From contig CAZZFB010000001.1 in the NCBI GenBank assembly GCA_964653385.1, forward strand, positions 3,523-67,522: a stretch of 64,000 nucleotides of DNA, written 5' to 3'. Position numbers and translations under genes: made by a program. The notes beneath the pieces are model-generated. The model saw only the letters and a list, made by a program, of their open reading frames with translations. It was not told the DNA's origin and searched no databases. This DNA comes from an uncultured Bifidobacterium sp. (GTDB lineage: Bacteria > Actinomycetota > Acidimicrobiia > Acidimicrobiales > Ilumatobacteraceae). Numbering within the stretch: the stretch's first letter is position 1; each line of letters starts with the position of its first letter. This document shows positions 26,230 through 36,600 of the stretch, piece after piece.

Positions 26230-27159
26230 TCAGGCCGCCGCACGGCGGCCGGACGCGCCCGCGACGGCTGTCGACACGGCGGCACCCGCGAGGTCGACGC
26301 ACACGAACACCAGGCGGCTGACCAACGCGAGCGACACGGCCACGGGCGTTCCCACCAGCGGTCCCGCGAGCGCGGTGAACACCGACTCGCGGACTCCGAT
26401 GCCGCCCGGCACCCCCGGCACGAGGAAGCCGACGAGCCAGGAGGCAGACGCCACGAACAGCATCTCCGTCACGCTGATGCGGGCGCCGAACGCCGAGGCG
26501 GTCACTGAGGTGCTGAGCGACATGAGCACCCATGCGGGCACGTGGAGCGCGGTGAGCCGCACGAAGTCCGCCCGTCGGGGGAGCACCAGCCCGCGCCCCG
26601 TGACGCGGGTCGCGAGCGCCGAGACGCGCGCCGACACCCCGGCAGACCCGAGGACGACCCCGGCTGACACGAGGCACAGCACGGCACCTGCGCCGACGAC
26701 GGGCCTGTCCCACGAGAGCAGGGAACCCGCGGCCACGGCGACGACAGCGGCCGAGTAGGTGGTCACGAGGGACAGCCCCGTGGCCCTGTACGCGGCGCCA
26801 CGCTCGACACCACCGCGCACGGCGAGCTCGGCGCGCCCCACGATGGGCCAGATGCCCCCGGGCACGTACTTGCCGAGCTGGCCGACGAAATACCACGACA
26901 TCGCCCGCCGCCCCGGGGCATGGTGCCCGCGGTCGCGGAGCATCCCCGCCCAGATCCAGCCGATGGAGCCCATTGCCGCCAGGCCGAGGAGGAGGCTGAG
27001 GAGGAGGGGGGCGGGTTCGGCCCCCGAGAGGGCGTCGCCGACCTCCTCGCGACGGGTCACCAGCGTGCGGACCACGAACGCGACGCCGGCGATGCCGATG
27101 ACGGCGCCGACCAGCGGCACCAGCCGCCTGCGCACGTCGGTTCGCGCGGTCCCGTTCAT
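26230..27159 (-). CDS. Lysylphosphatidylglycerol-synthase-TM-region-like (UPF0104, flippase-like) membrane protein
   Basis: C-terminal 309 aa of track ORF 26230..28323, starting MNGTARTD. About 8 TM helices, with GKYVPGGIW and PGVPGGIGVRE motifs. Confidence 0.65.
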   Translation of the reverse strand: MNGTARTDVRRRLVPLVGAVIGIAGVAFVVRTLVTRREEVGDALSGAEPAPLLLSLLLGLAAMGSIGWIWAGMLRDRGHHAPGRRAMSWYFVGQLGKYVPGGIWPIVGRAELAVRGGVERGAAYRATGLSLVTTYSAAVVAVAAGSLLSWDRPVVGAGAVLCLVSAGVVLGSAGVSARVSALATRVTGRGLVLPRRADFVRLTALHVPAWVLMSLSTSVTASAFGARISVTEMLFVASASWLVGFLVPGVPGGIGVRESVFTALAGPLVGTPVAVSLALVSRLVFVCVDLAGAAVSTAVAGASGRRAAA

Positions 27160-27237
27160 CCCCCGACAATACGTCCCGCACGGCTGGCACGGCCCGTATC
27201 CCCTGGGCAAGGATGACGACCGGACAAAGGGGGAGCC

Positions 27238-28485
27238 ATGGCCATGACAGCCGACGAGGCCGCATCGATCTTCTACACGCCGGAGGCGTACGCCGACGAG
27301 GAGCTCTTCGAGAGGGCGTGCGCGTTCCTCCGGCGCAACTCGCCCGTGCACCTGGTGGAGCACCCGGACGGAGAGGTGAACCCGTTCTGGGCGATCACGA
27401 AGCACGCCGACGTGCTGGAGATCGAGCTGCACAACAACATCTTCATCAACGAGCCGCGGCCCGTCCTGGGGCCCGCCGAGAGCGACCGCCGAAACGCCGA
27501 GAACGGACACATGCTGCGCACTCTCATCCACGTGGACGACCCCGAGCACCGCGAGCTGCGCGGCGTGACGAGCGAGTGGTTCCTGCCGAAGAACATGGCG
27601 AAACTGGACGACCGTCTCGCGGGGCTCGCGGTCCAGTACGTGGACAAGATGGCGTCCATGGGCGGGAGGTGCGACTTCGCCACCGACATCGCGATGCACT
27701 ACCCGCTGAACGTCATCCTGCACATCCTCGGCCTCCCCGAGTCGGACTACCCGCGCATGCTGAAGCTCACGCAGGAACTCTTCGGTGCCGCCGACGAGGA
27801 CCTGCGCCGTGACGACGACCCGGAGGCGGTCATCAAGGTCATCGAGGACTTCTTCGCCTACTTCACGAGGATCACCGAGGAGCGCCGCGCGAACCCGACC
27901 GACGACCTCGCGTCCGCCGTGGCGAACGGCCGCATCAACGGCGAGGAACTGAACCTGATGCAGACCATCAGCTACTACGTCATCACGGCCACCGCGGGCC
28001 ACGACACCACGGCCTCCGCGATGGCCGGCGGTGTGCTCGCCTTCATCCAGCACCCCGACCAGTGGGAGCGCCTGAAGAAGGACCCGTCGCTCGTGGCGAC
28101 CGCGGCCGACGAGATCATCCGCTGGGTGACGCCCGTGAAGCACTTCATGCGCACCGCAACCGAGGACTACACGCTCGCGAGCGGGCACACCATCCGCAAG
28201 GGGGAGAGCGTGCTGCTGTCCTACCCCTCCGCCAACCGGGACGAGGACGTGTTCGCGGACCCGTACGTGTTCGACATCGGCCGCTCGCCGAACAAGCACC
28301 TGTCGTTCGGGTTCGGCGTGCACTACTGCCTCGGCGCGATGCTCGCACGCATGGAGATCAAGGCGATGCTCGCCGAGATGGTGCGGCGCGTGGAGCGATT
28401 CGAGCTGGCGGGCGAGCCGAGGCTCATGAAGACCACGTTCGTCGGCGGGCTGAAGCGCCTGCCCGTGTCATACGTGATGGCCTGA
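27238..28485 (+). CDS. Cytochrome P450
   Basis: Heme loop FGFGVHYCLGAMLAR, I-helix TATAGHDTTAS and ExxR (DEIIRW). Confidence 0.92.
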   Translation: MAMTADEAASIFYTPEAYADEELFERACAFLRRNSPVHLVEHPDGEVNPFWAITKHADVLEIELHNNIFINEPRPVLGPAESDRRNAENGHMLRTLIHVDDPEHRELRGVTSEWFLPKNMAKLDDRLAGLAVQYVDKMASMGGRCDFATDIAMHYPLNVILHILGLPESDYPRMLKLTQELFGAADEDLRRDDDPEAVIKVIEDFFAYFTRITEERRANPTDDLASAVANGRINGEELNLMQTISYYVITATAGHDTTASAMAGGVLAFIQHPDQWERLKKDPSLVATAADEIIRWVTPVKHFMRTATEDYTLASGHTIRKGESVLLSYPSANRDEDVFADPYVFDIGRSPNKHLSFGFGVHYCLGAMLARMEIKAMLAEMVRRVERFELAGEPRLMKTTFVGGLKRLPVSYVMA

Positions 28486-28495
28486 GGGGGACGCG

Positions 28496-29899
28496 ATGGG
28501 TGACGAACTCTGGCGCCTCGGCGCACTGCAGCTGGCCGAGGGGATCCGCTCGCGGCGCTTCAGCAGCCGCGAGGTGGTGCAGGCCCACCTGGACCGCATC
28601 GCGCAGGTGAACGGGCACGTGAACGCCGTCGTGAAGGTGCTCGCGGACAGTGCCCTCGCCGCCGCCGACGGGGCCGACGCGGCGGTCCGCGATGGTGCCC
28701 CGCTCGGTGCGTTCCACGGCGTCCCGTTCACCATCAAGGAGAACATCGACATTGCCGGCCAGCCCACCACGAGCGGCGTGCCGATCTTTGCCGGGGCGAT
28801 CGCCCCGGAGACCGCCCCCGCTGTGGAGAGGATGCTCGCCGCGGGGGCGATCCCCGTCGGGCGCACGAACCTGCCCGACATGGGCCTTCGCATCCACACC
28901 GACTCCACTCTCTACGGCCGCACCAAGAACCCGTGGAATGCCGAACGAACGGCGGGCGGGTCCAGCGGAGGGGAGGCGGCGGCCCTCGCGACGGGCATGT
29001 CGCCGATCGGGCTGGGCAACGACATCGGGGGCTCCCTGCGCAACCCCGCGCACGCGTGCGGGATCGTGTCGATCAAGCCGTCCCGCGGCGTGGTGCCCGA
29101 CACGCAGGCGTTCCCCACGCCGGACCGTTCGCTCTCGTCGCAGGTGATGCTGAACCAGGGCGTGATGGCGCGCACGGTCGCCGACGTGCGTGCGGGCCTG
29201 GAGACTGTCGCCGGGCACGACCCGCGCGACCCCGTGAGCGTCCCCGCAGTCCTCACGGATCTCGTCCCCGGGGAGCGACTGAGGGTCGCGGTCCTCGCCG
29301 AGCCACCGGGCGGCTCCACGCACCCCGGTGTCGCGGCCGCCGTGCGGGCGGCCGCTGACGCCCTCGCGGACGCGGGGCATGACGTGGTGGAGGCCGTGCC
29401 GCCGGACTACGAGCTGTCGTTCCTCCTGTGGGCGGCGATGCTCTTCACCGAGCTCCACGACATCCGCGACCAGATCGACCTGGTGATGGGCGAAGGCGGC
29501 AAGGCGCTCATCGCGAACGCACTCGACAAGTTCCCGAAGATGTCGTCGCTCGAGTACTACATGGTCCACGCGCAGCGGGACGGCGTCGCCCGCAGGTGGG
29601 GCATGTGGTTCCGGGACCACCCGGTGCTGCTGTCGCCCACGTGGTCGCAGCCCGCCTTCGTGGCCGACTGGGACATCTCCGGGGAGGAGGGCTCCATGGG
29701 AACGCTCGAGCTGATGCGACCCGTGCTGCCGGGCAACCTGCTCGGCCTGCCGTGCGCCGTTGTGCCCGGCGGCATGGCTGACGGCCTGCCGGTGGGCGTG
29801 CAGGTCATCGGCGACCGTTACACGGACCTGCGCGTGCTCTCTGTTGCCCAGCAGGTGGAGGACGCGCTCGGCATCATCACCCCGATCGACCCGCGCTGA
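28496..29899 (+). CDS. Amidase (amidase-signature family)
   Basis: GGSSGGEAAALA and FTIKENID. Starts 10 nt after the P450 stop. Confidence 0.9.
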   Translation: MGDELWRLGALQLAEGIRSRRFSSREVVQAHLDRIAQVNGHVNAVVKVLADSALAAADGADAAVRDGAPLGAFHGVPFTIKENIDIAGQPTTSGVPIFAGAIAPETAPAVERMLAAGAIPVGRTNLPDMGLRIHTDSTLYGRTKNPWNAERTAGGSSGGEAAALATGMSPIGLGNDIGGSLRNPAHACGIVSIKPSRGVVPDTQAFPTPDRSLSSQVMLNQGVMARTVADVRAGLETVAGHDPRDPVSVPAVLTDLVPGERLRVAVLAEPPGGSTHPGVAAAVRAAADALADAGHDVVEAVPPDYELSFLLWAAMLFTELHDIRDQIDLVMGEGGKALIANALDKFPKMSSLEYYMVHAQRDGVARRWGMWFRDHPVLLSPTWSQPAFVADWDISGEEGSMGTLELMRPVLPGNLLGLPCAVVPGGMADGLPVGVQVIGDRYTDLRVLSVAQQVEDALGIITPIDPR

Positions 29900-29923
29900 G
29901 GATCCCCGCGCGGCTGGTGGTGT

Positions 29924-30682
29924 TCAGCCGCGGCGGTCCTGCAGGAAGGGGAACCGCCCGCGCACGTCCGCGACCACCGAGGGGTCGACGTCGGCGCACG
30001 TCACAGACACGCCCGCCCCGGCGACGGTCTCGTTGCCGAGCGGGTCGATGATGCGGGAGTCACCTGCATACGACAGACCCCCGCCGTCGCCGACCCGGTT
30101 CACACCGGCCACGTACGCCTGGTTCTCGATGGCCCGCGCGCGCAGGAGGGTCATCCAGTGCTCGCGCCGGCTCACCGGCCAGTTGGCGGGCACCACGTAG
30201 AGGTCGGTGCCCGTGGCGAGCGCCCAGAACTCGTCGGCGAAGCGCAGGTCGTAGCACACGAAGAGGGAGGTTCGCACCCCGTCGATGTCCACCGTGACGT
30301 GCCTGTCGCCCGCGCGGAAGTGCCTGTCCTCGCCCCCGTAGGTGAAGGGATGGATCTTGGCGTAGCGGTGCTGTGTTCCGTCGGGGCCGGCGACGACGAG
30401 CGAGTTGAACGGGCGCGGGTCGTCCGGTGCCGTCTCGGGGCAGCTGCCCGCGACCCACACCCCGTGCCGCGCCGCCATCTCCGAGAGGAACATGCTGGAG
30501 GGCCCGCCGGCCGGTTCGCCGATGTCGTCACGGTCGACCACGAAGCCCGTGGAGAACATCTCGGACAGCACGACCAGCTGCGCACCCTCTCCGGCGGCAC
30601 GCGCGACGAGCGGTGCGAGCGCGGCGAAGTTGGCGGCCCTGTCGGCCCACACGATGTCGTGCTGGACGGCGGCGATGCGCAT
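29924..30682 (-). CDS. Carbon-nitrogen hydrolase (nitrilase superfamily; omega-amidase-like)
   Basis: E-K-C triad contexts VVLSEMF, YAKIHPF and LFVCYDLRF. 252 aa. Confidence 0.85.
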   Translation of the reverse strand: MRIAAVQHDIVWADRAANFAALAPLVARAAGEGAQLVVLSEMFSTGFVVDRDDIGEPAGGPSSMFLSEMAARHGVWVAGSCPETAPDDPRPFNSLVVAGPDGTQHRYAKIHPFTYGGEDRHFRAGDRHVTVDIDGVRTSLFVCYDLRFADEFWALATGTDLYVVPANWPVSRREHWMTLLRARAIENQAYVAGVNRVGDGGGLSYAGDSRIIDPLGNETVAGAGVSVTCADVDPSVVADVRGRFPFLQDRRG

Positions 30683-30694
30683 GACCGCAGTCTG

Positions 30695-31885
30695 TCACTT
30701 CCAGGAGGCGAGCCGCCGCGCCGCCTCCTCGATGGTGGGCATCTGCTTGCAGAACGCGAAGCGGACGATGTGCCTGCCCTCGGCGGCGTTCGCCGGCGAG
30801 TAGAGGACGCCAGCCGGGATCGCCACCACCCCGCAGGCCGACGGCATCGACCTGCAGAACTCCATCCCGTCGCCGTCGGCGCGCCTGGCGCGGACGTCGG
30901 CGGTGACGAAGTAGGTGCCCGAGGAGGCGTACGGGGCGAGACCCGCGTGCGCGAGGGCCGTCCGCAGCACGTCCCGCTTTGCCTGCAGGTCGGCAGCGAG
31001 GGCGGTGAAGTACGCGTCGGGGAGGCGCAGACCCGCGGCGATGGCGGGCTGGAACGGCGTGCCCCCGGCGAACGTGAAGAGCTGCTTGGCCATGCGGACC
31101 GCGTTGACGAGAGGCGCCGGGCCGCAGGCCCACCCGATCTTCCACCCCGTCGTGTTGAACGACTTGCCCCCCGAGGACACGGTGACGGTGCGCCCGGCCA
31201 TCCCCTCGAGACAGGCGATCGGGACGTGCCGCGCGCCGTCGAAGACGAGGTGCTCGTACACCTCGTCCGACACGACGATCAGGTCGTTCCTGGTCGCGAC
31301 GTCAGCGACCGCCTGCAGTTCCTCGCGGGTGAAGACGGTGCCCGTGGGGTTGTGCGGCGAGTTGAGCAGGATCATCCGGGTGCGCGGCGACACCGCCCGC
31401 CGCAGGTCCCCCTCGTCGAAACCGAAACGGCCGTTGCTGTCGGGACGCAGCGTGACGGGGGAGAGGACCGCCCCGGCCAGCGAGACGCACGCGGCGTACG
31501 TGTCGAACAGGGGCTCGAAGACGATGACCTCGTCACCCGTGTCGAGCATGCCGAGGAGCGCGCCCGCGATCGCCTCTGTGGCGCCCATGGTCACGAGCAC
31601 CTCGGTGTCCGGGTCGTGGCTCAGGCCCCAGAACCTCTGCTGGTGCTCGGCGATCGCGTGCCGCAGGTCGGGCAAGCCGGTGCCCGGCGGGTACTGGTTC
31701 GCGCCCGCGGCGATCTGCTCCCGCGCGATGTGCAGGACCTCCGCGGGGCCGTCGTAGTCGGGGAACCCCTGGCCGAGGTTGATGGATCCCGTGGAGACCG
31801 CGAGCGCCGTCATCTCGGCGAAGATCGAGGCCCCGAACCCCTCCAGTCGGGATGCGAGCGGCGGCCGTGGGGTCACGTTCCCCAC
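30695..31885 (-). CDS. PLP-dependent aminotransferase, class I/II
   Basis: INLGQGFPD, NPHNPTG, PLP-lysine context SSGGKSFNTTGWKIGW and C-terminal RFAFCK. Confidence 0.88.
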   Translation of the reverse strand: MGNVTPRPPLASRLEGFGASIFAEMTALAVSTGSINLGQGFPDYDGPAEVLHIAREQIAAGANQYPPGTGLPDLRHAIAEHQQRFWGLSHDPDTEVLVTMGATEAIAGALLGMLDTGDEVIVFEPLFDTYAACVSLAGAVLSPVTLRPDSNGRFGFDEGDLRRAVSPRTRMILLNSPHNPTGTVFTREELQAVADVATRNDLIVVSDEVYEHLVFDGARHVPIACLEGMAGRTVTVSSGGKSFNTTGWKIGWACGPAPLVNAVRMAKQLFTFAGGTPFQPAIAAGLRLPDAYFTALAADLQAKRDVLRTALAHAGLAPYASSGTYFVTADVRARRADGDGMEFCRSMPSACGVVAIPAGVLYSPANAAEGRHIVRFAFCKQMPTIEEAARRLASWK

Positions 31886-31907
31886 AGTATGTGACGCGGT
31901 CCGTGCG

Positions 31908-32930
31908 TCAGGCGGTCCAGCCGGAGAATGCGTCGATCATCGCCTTCACATCGCCGAGCGGGTAGAGGATCGGGCACGTGGCGCCGTCCTTCATGTACTC
32001 CCGCACCTTCGCGCGCGCGTCCTCGGGGGTCCCCGAGGCCGTCAGCATCTGCACGATCTCGTCGGGGACGAGCTTCGAAGCCGCGACGACCTGCTCGTGT
32101 GTGGCGGGCCACGTGAGGACCTCGCCGACCTTGTCGAGCAGCGACTGCGGGACGCCGGACGCCTTCATGATGTGGGGCTGCTGGCCGAGGTACTGGGTGA
32201 CCATGAGGCGCGCCATGTCGAGTGCGGTCTTGCGGTCCTCGTGGACGCTGCACACCACCAGCTGCGGGCGGTCGATGTCCTCCCAGCGGCGGCCCTTCTT
32301 CTCTGCGCCGCGGGCGAGTGCCTCGATGGCGGTCTTGTTGTAGTCGGGCGAGACGAGGTAGTTGAGCACGACGCCGTCGGCGATCTCACCGGCGAGCTCC
32401 ATCATCTGCAGGCCGGTGGCACCCAGGTAGATCGGCACGTCCTTCGGCCTGCGCTCCTGGTACACGTAGTCCAGCTCGACCCCGTCGAGGTGGACGAAGT
32501 CGCCGTGGAATGTGACGGTCTCGTTGTGCAGCAGCGCCCGCACCGACGTGATGATCTCGCGCATCACGCGGAGCGGCTTGTCGCGGCTGATACCGACCTT
32601 GGAGGCGAGGGGGTCCCACCACGCACCGATGCCGAGGATCACCCGGCCAGGGGCGAGGTCGTCGAGGGTGGAGAACGTGGCGGCGAGGCGCGCGGGGTTG
32701 CGGGTCCAGCAGTCGACCACGCCCGAGCCGATCTTGATCGTGTCGGTGACCGCGGCGAAGGCGGACATCGGCACGATGGCATCGCGCACGAGGCGGCTGT
32801 CGGCCTGCCAGACGGCCTCGAAACCCTTCGACTCGGCGTACCTCGCGTACTCCATGCCCTCGGCGATGGGGTGCGCGTCCTGCAGGTAGAGGGCGGCGGG
32901 GCTTGTCATGGTGGTCCTCGTTCCGGTCAT
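31908..32930 (-). CDS. LLM-class flavin/F420-dependent oxidoreductase
   Basis: C-terminal 340 aa of track ORF 31908..33467. Contains [26 protein letters not shown] and GVVLNY. ATG 32930 overlaps the upstream stop (ATGA). Alternative ATG at 32909. Confidence 0.8.
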   Translation of the reverse strand: MTGTRTTMTSPAALYLQDAHPIAEGMEYARYAESKGFEAVWQADSRLVRDAIVPMSAFAAVTDTIKIGSGVVDCWTRNPARLAATFSTLDDLAPGRVILGIGAWWDPLASKVGISRDKPLRVMREIITSVRALLHNETVTFHGDFVHLDGVELDYVYQERRPKDVPIYLGATGLQMMELAGEIADGVVLNYLVSPDYNKTAIEALARGAEKKGRRWEDIDRPQLVVCSVHEDRKTALDMARLMVTQYLGQQPHIMKASGVPQSLLDKVGEVLTWPATHEQVVAASKLVPDEIVQMLTASGTPEDARAKVREYMKDGATCPILYPLGDVKAMIDAFSGWTA

Positions 32931-35518
32931 TCGCTGTCGTCGTTGTTCTTCGGCTTCATCGGCAGCGTGGTGCGCCAGGTGCCGTCCGCATCGTGCAGGG
33001 CGGCGGCGACGGCCGGGGCGGTGGGCACCAGTCCGATCTCGCCCACGCCCTTGATGCCGTAAGGGCTGCGGGGCTGCGGGCACTCCACGATCGTCACGTC
33101 GATCGGTGGCACGTCCTTGGCGCGCAGGATGCCGAGCGAGCGCAGCGTCATGTTGACCGGGAATCCGCGCTCGTCGCTGGGGAAGTCCTCGGTGAGCGCG
33201 TACCCGAGACCCATGTGCACCGCACCCTCGATCTGGCCCTCGCAGAGCGTGGGGTTCACGGCGCGGCCGACGTCGTGGACCGCGACGACCCGCTCGATGG
33301 CCTGCGTCTCCCTGTCCATGACGACCATCTGCGCGGCATAGCCGAAGGCCGAGTGGATCGTGGGGTTCGGGTGGTCGGGATCGCCCAGGTGCTGCGTCCA
33401 GTCCACGACGTACTCGCCGGTGTAGTCGACGCCCGGTGCGCATCCCGCGGCCTTCGCCTCGGCGCACGCGGCCTGCACGCTCGCGGCCGCCATCAACGTG
33501 CCGCGGCTGCCGGTCGTCTGGCCGAAACCGAGCTGGCGCGTGGTGTCCACGATGACCCTGATGCGCGCGGGGTCGAGGCCGAGCTCCTCGACGGCGACCT
33601 GCAGCGCGACGGTGTGCACGCCCTGGCCCATCTCGGTCCAGCCGTGGCGGACCTCGACGGTGCCGTCATCCCCGAAGCGGACGACGGCCCTGGTCACCTC
33701 GCGGAACCCGTTGCCGAGGCCGGAGTTCTTCAGGCCGAGACCGAGGCCGACGGCGGCACCGGAGGCGACCGCCGCGTCGTACTGCGGCCTGATCGCGTCG
33801 AGGCAAGCCTCGGCTCCCGCGCATCCGTCGTCCATGATCTGCCCGGGTCCCCACACCTCGCCCGGGTGGATGACGTTGCGCTTGCGGATCTCCCAGCCGC
33901 TGATGCCCACGATCCCCGCCAGACGGTCGAGGCAGCCCTCCATCGCGAACTGGGCCTGGTTGGCGCCGAAACCCCGGAACGCCCCGCACACGGGGTTGTT
34001 CGTGCGGACCGCGACGCTCGCGACGTCGACGGACGGCGTGTGGTACGGGCCGGTGGCGTGCCCGGCGGCGCGCTCGAGAACCTTCATGCCGACGGAGGCG
34101 TACGCGCCGGAGTCGCCGATCATCCGGGCCTTGACCGCGGTGAGCTTCCCCTGTGCGTCGCAACCGACCCAGTACTCCATGCGGATCGGGTGGCGCTTGG
34201 CGTGGATGAGCAGGCTCTCCTCGCGGGAGAGGGTGCACTTCACCGGCCTGCCGAGGAGCCACGCCGCGAGGGCCGTCTGGCCCTGGTTCGACATGTCCTC
34301 CTTGCCGCCGAACGCCCCGCCGTTCGACACGAGCTCGACGGTCACCCTGTCGGTGGGGACCCCGAGGACGGCGCAGATCTGGTCACGGTCGTCCCACACG
34401 CCCTGTCCGCCGGAGTAGACGTGCATCGTGCCGGCCTCCGTGTCGGGAACTGCCAGTGTGCTCTCGGGCTCCAGGAACGCGTGCTCGATGCGCTGGGTCT
34501 GGAACGTCTCGTGCACCACGTGGGCGCTGGCCGCGAGGGCGGCGTCGGCGTCACCGCGCGCGTACTCGCTGCGGGACAGCACGTTCGAGTCCGTCCCCCA
34601 CACCGCGATCTCGGGGTCGTCCACCGCGGCGACGGCGTCGACGATGGGGCGCAGCACCCCGTACTCCACGCTGACGAGCTGCGCCGCGGCGCGTGCCTGC
34701 TGGCGTGTCTCCGCCACGACGATTGCGAGGACGTCGCCCGCGTACGAGGTGCGCTCGCCCTCGCCGATGAAGACGGGCCAGTCCTTGTGGATGATGCCCA
34801 CCATGTTGGTGCCGGGCACGTCCCGGCGGGTGTAGACCGCGACGACACCGTCGGCCGCCTCGGCCGCGGAGGTGTCGATGCGGATGATGTCCGCGCGCGC
34901 GTGCTCCGTGAGGTGCAGCGCCGCGTGCAGCATCCCGTCCACGCGGATGTCGTCCACGTACCCGCGGTCGCCGAGGGCGAGTTCGTGGGCCTCGTACTTC
35001 AGCCCGCGTGACCCGACGCCGCCGGGCAGGGAGACGTCGACCGGTGTGCCCTTGGCGACGGCGTCGATCGCGTCGAGGATCTTCACGTACCCGGTGCAGC
35101 GGCACAGGTGCGCGCCGAGGTGGCGCGCCATGTCCTCGCGCTTCAGGTCCGCGCCCTTCTTGTCGACCTGCGCCTTCGCGCGCATCACGATGCCGGGGAT
35201 GCAGAACCCGCACTGGAGGCCGCCGCACGCGGCGAACGCGTCCGAGAACTTCTTCCGCTCGGCCTCGTCCACCCCCTCGAGGGTGGTGACCGTGCGGCCC
35301 TCGGCGCGTGCGACCGGGTACTGGCAGCTGACCTGGGCCTTGCCGTCGATCATCACCGTGCAGCAGCCGCACTGCCCGGAGGGGGAGCAGCCGTCCTTCG
35401 GGGAGGTGATGCCGAGTTCCTCGCGCAGCGCCGACAGCAGGTGCGGGTGGCCTGCCCGGACCGACACGGGGGTGCCGTTCACGGTGAACGAGACGGTCTG
35501 CTGGGCGAGGTCGGTCAT
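32927..35518 (-). CDS. Xanthine dehydrogenase/aldehyde oxidase-family molybdoenzyme with fused [2Fe-2S] small-subunit and Mo-pterin large-subunit domains
   Basis: N-terminal [24 protein letters not shown] and CRCTGY, followed by a CoxL/XdhB-like body ([14 protein letters not shown]). 863 aa. Confidence 0.88.
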   Translation of the reverse strand: MTDLAQQTVSFTVNGTPVSVRAGHPHLLSALREELGITSPKDGCSPSGQCGCCTVMIDGKAQVSCQYPVARAEGRTVTTLEGVDEAERKKFSDAFAACGGLQCGFCIPGIVMRAKAQVDKKGADLKREDMARHLGAHLCRCTGYVKILDAIDAVAKGTPVDVSLPGGVGSRGLKYEAHELALGDRGYVDDIRVDGMLHAALHLTEHARADIIRIDTSAAEAADGVVAVYTRRDVPGTNMVGIIHKDWPVFIGEGERTSYAGDVLAIVVAETRQQARAAAQLVSVEYGVLRPIVDAVAAVDDPEIAVWGTDSNVLSRSEYARGDADAALAASAHVVHETFQTQRIEHAFLEPESTLAVPDTEAGTMHVYSGGQGVWDDRDQICAVLGVPTDRVTVELVSNGGAFGGKEDMSNQGQTALAAWLLGRPVKCTLSREESLLIHAKRHPIRMEYWVGCDAQGKLTAVKARMIGDSGAYASVGMKVLERAAGHATGPYHTPSVDVASVAVRTNNPVCGAFRGFGANQAQFAMEGCLDRLAGIVGISGWEIRKRNVIHPGEVWGPGQIMDDGCAGAEACLDAIRPQYDAAVASGAAVGLGLGLKNSGLGNGFREVTRAVVRFGDDGTVEVRHGWTEMGQGVHTVALQVAVEELGLDPARIRVIVDTTRQLGFGQTTGSRGTLMAAASVQAACAEAKAAGCAPGVDYTGEYVVDWTQHLGDPDHPNPTIHSAFGYAAQMVVMDRETQAIERVVAVHDVGRAVNPTLCEGQIEGAVHMGLGYALTEDFPSDERGFPVNMTLRSLGILRAKDVPPIDVTIVECPQPRSPYGIKGVGEIGLVPTAPAVAAALHDADGTWRTTLPMKPKNNDDSE

Positions 35519-35603
35519 GGGCCAACTTTACAAAATGTCAACCCGAATTGCCCGTGTCACAAGGGTTCCCGTGGGGCGGGCGGGGCTGGCATAGTCTCGC
35601 CAC

Positions 35604-36587
35604 GTGAGCAAGGCATGGCTGCGGCGCACCGTGACGATCACGGTGCTGGGCCTCATCGACATCCTCGTGACACTCCTCGTGCCCGTCTGGGTAGTGCTGT
35701 TCTCCGCGTACGACCTGGCCCGGGGCAAGCGGCGGATGCCCACCGTGCGGCTCATGTCGTTCGGCCTGCTGTGGGCCTGGATCGAGACGGCTGGCGTGTT
35801 CCTCATCTTCGTGCTCTGGGCAACGGGCCAGTCGCGCAACCACGGTGCCCACTACCGCATCCAGCGCTGGTGGTGCGGCTGGATCATCGCGGCCCTTCGG
35901 CTGACCGTCGGGCTGCGGGTGACCATCATCGGCACCGAGCACGTGGACCGCGGCCCGTACGTGGTGTTCTGCCGCCACGCGAGCCTCGCCGACTCCATCA
36001 TCAGTTGCTTCATCGTCAACAACACGCTCGGGCTGGAGCCGCGGTACGTGCTGAAGAGCGACCTGGAGATGGTGCCGTGCCTCGACCTGCTGGGCCACCG
36101 CACACCGAACTGCTTCGTGCGGCGCGGCTCGTCGAACGTGGCGGGGGAGCTGGCCGCGTTGATGCAGATGATGGACGGGCTCGCTGAGGGCCAGGCCGCC
36201 GTGATCTTCCCCGAGGGCAGCCGGGCGAACCCGGAGAAGAGGGAGCGCGAGCTCGCTCGCCTCGCCGAGCGCCACCCCGACAGGCACGCGCGCCTCGGCA
36301 GGCTGCAGCGGTTGATCCCGCCGAAGCCGGCCGGCGCGAAGGCCATGCTGGACGCCGCACCCCGGGCTGACGTCATCACCGTCTGGCACGAGGGCCTGGA
36401 CGGGCTCGACACGTTCCCCGGGATGCTCGCGGCGCTCGCCGAGCGGAAGGTCGGAGCGCACGTCGTCGTCACGGTCCACCCGCGCGCCGAGGTGGACGCG
36501 GCGGGTGACTTCACGGAATGGATCGACAGCCGGTGGGTGGAGATGGACGATGCAGTCGCCAGGTTCACCCAGGCAGCCGGCGTGTAG
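35604..36587 (+). CDS. Lysophospholipid (1-acyl-glycerol-3-phosphate-type) acyltransferase, PlsC family
   Basis: HX4D motif CRHASLADS and FPEGSR, with two N-terminal TM helices. GTG start, with TAGTCT 8 nt upstream (possibly leaderless). Confidence 0.8.
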   Translation: MSKAWLRRTVTITVLGLIDILVTLLVPVWVVLFSAYDLARGKRRMPTVRLMSFGLLWAWIETAGVFLIFVLWATGQSRNHGAHYRIQRWWCGWIIAALRLTVGLRVTIIGTEHVDRGPYVVFCRHASLADSIISCFIVNNTLGLEPRYVLKSDLEMVPCLDLLGHRTPNCFVRRGSSNVAGELAALMQMMDGLAEGQAAVIFPEGSRANPEKRERELARLAERHPDRHARLGRLQRLIPPKPAGAKAMLDAAPRADVITVWHEGLDGLDTFPGMLAALAERKVGAHVVVTVHPRAEVDAAGDFTEWIDSRWVEMDDAVARFTQAAGV

Positions 36588-36600
36588 GAAAGGAACAACA

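Noticed and set aside
24959-27265. 768-aa minus-strand ORF covering the FrhB-like gene and the flippase-like gene region
   Set aside because: It is out of frame with the credible minus-strand membrane protein (26230-27159) and antisense to the FrhB-like gene. The composition is Arg/Gly/Pro-dominated.
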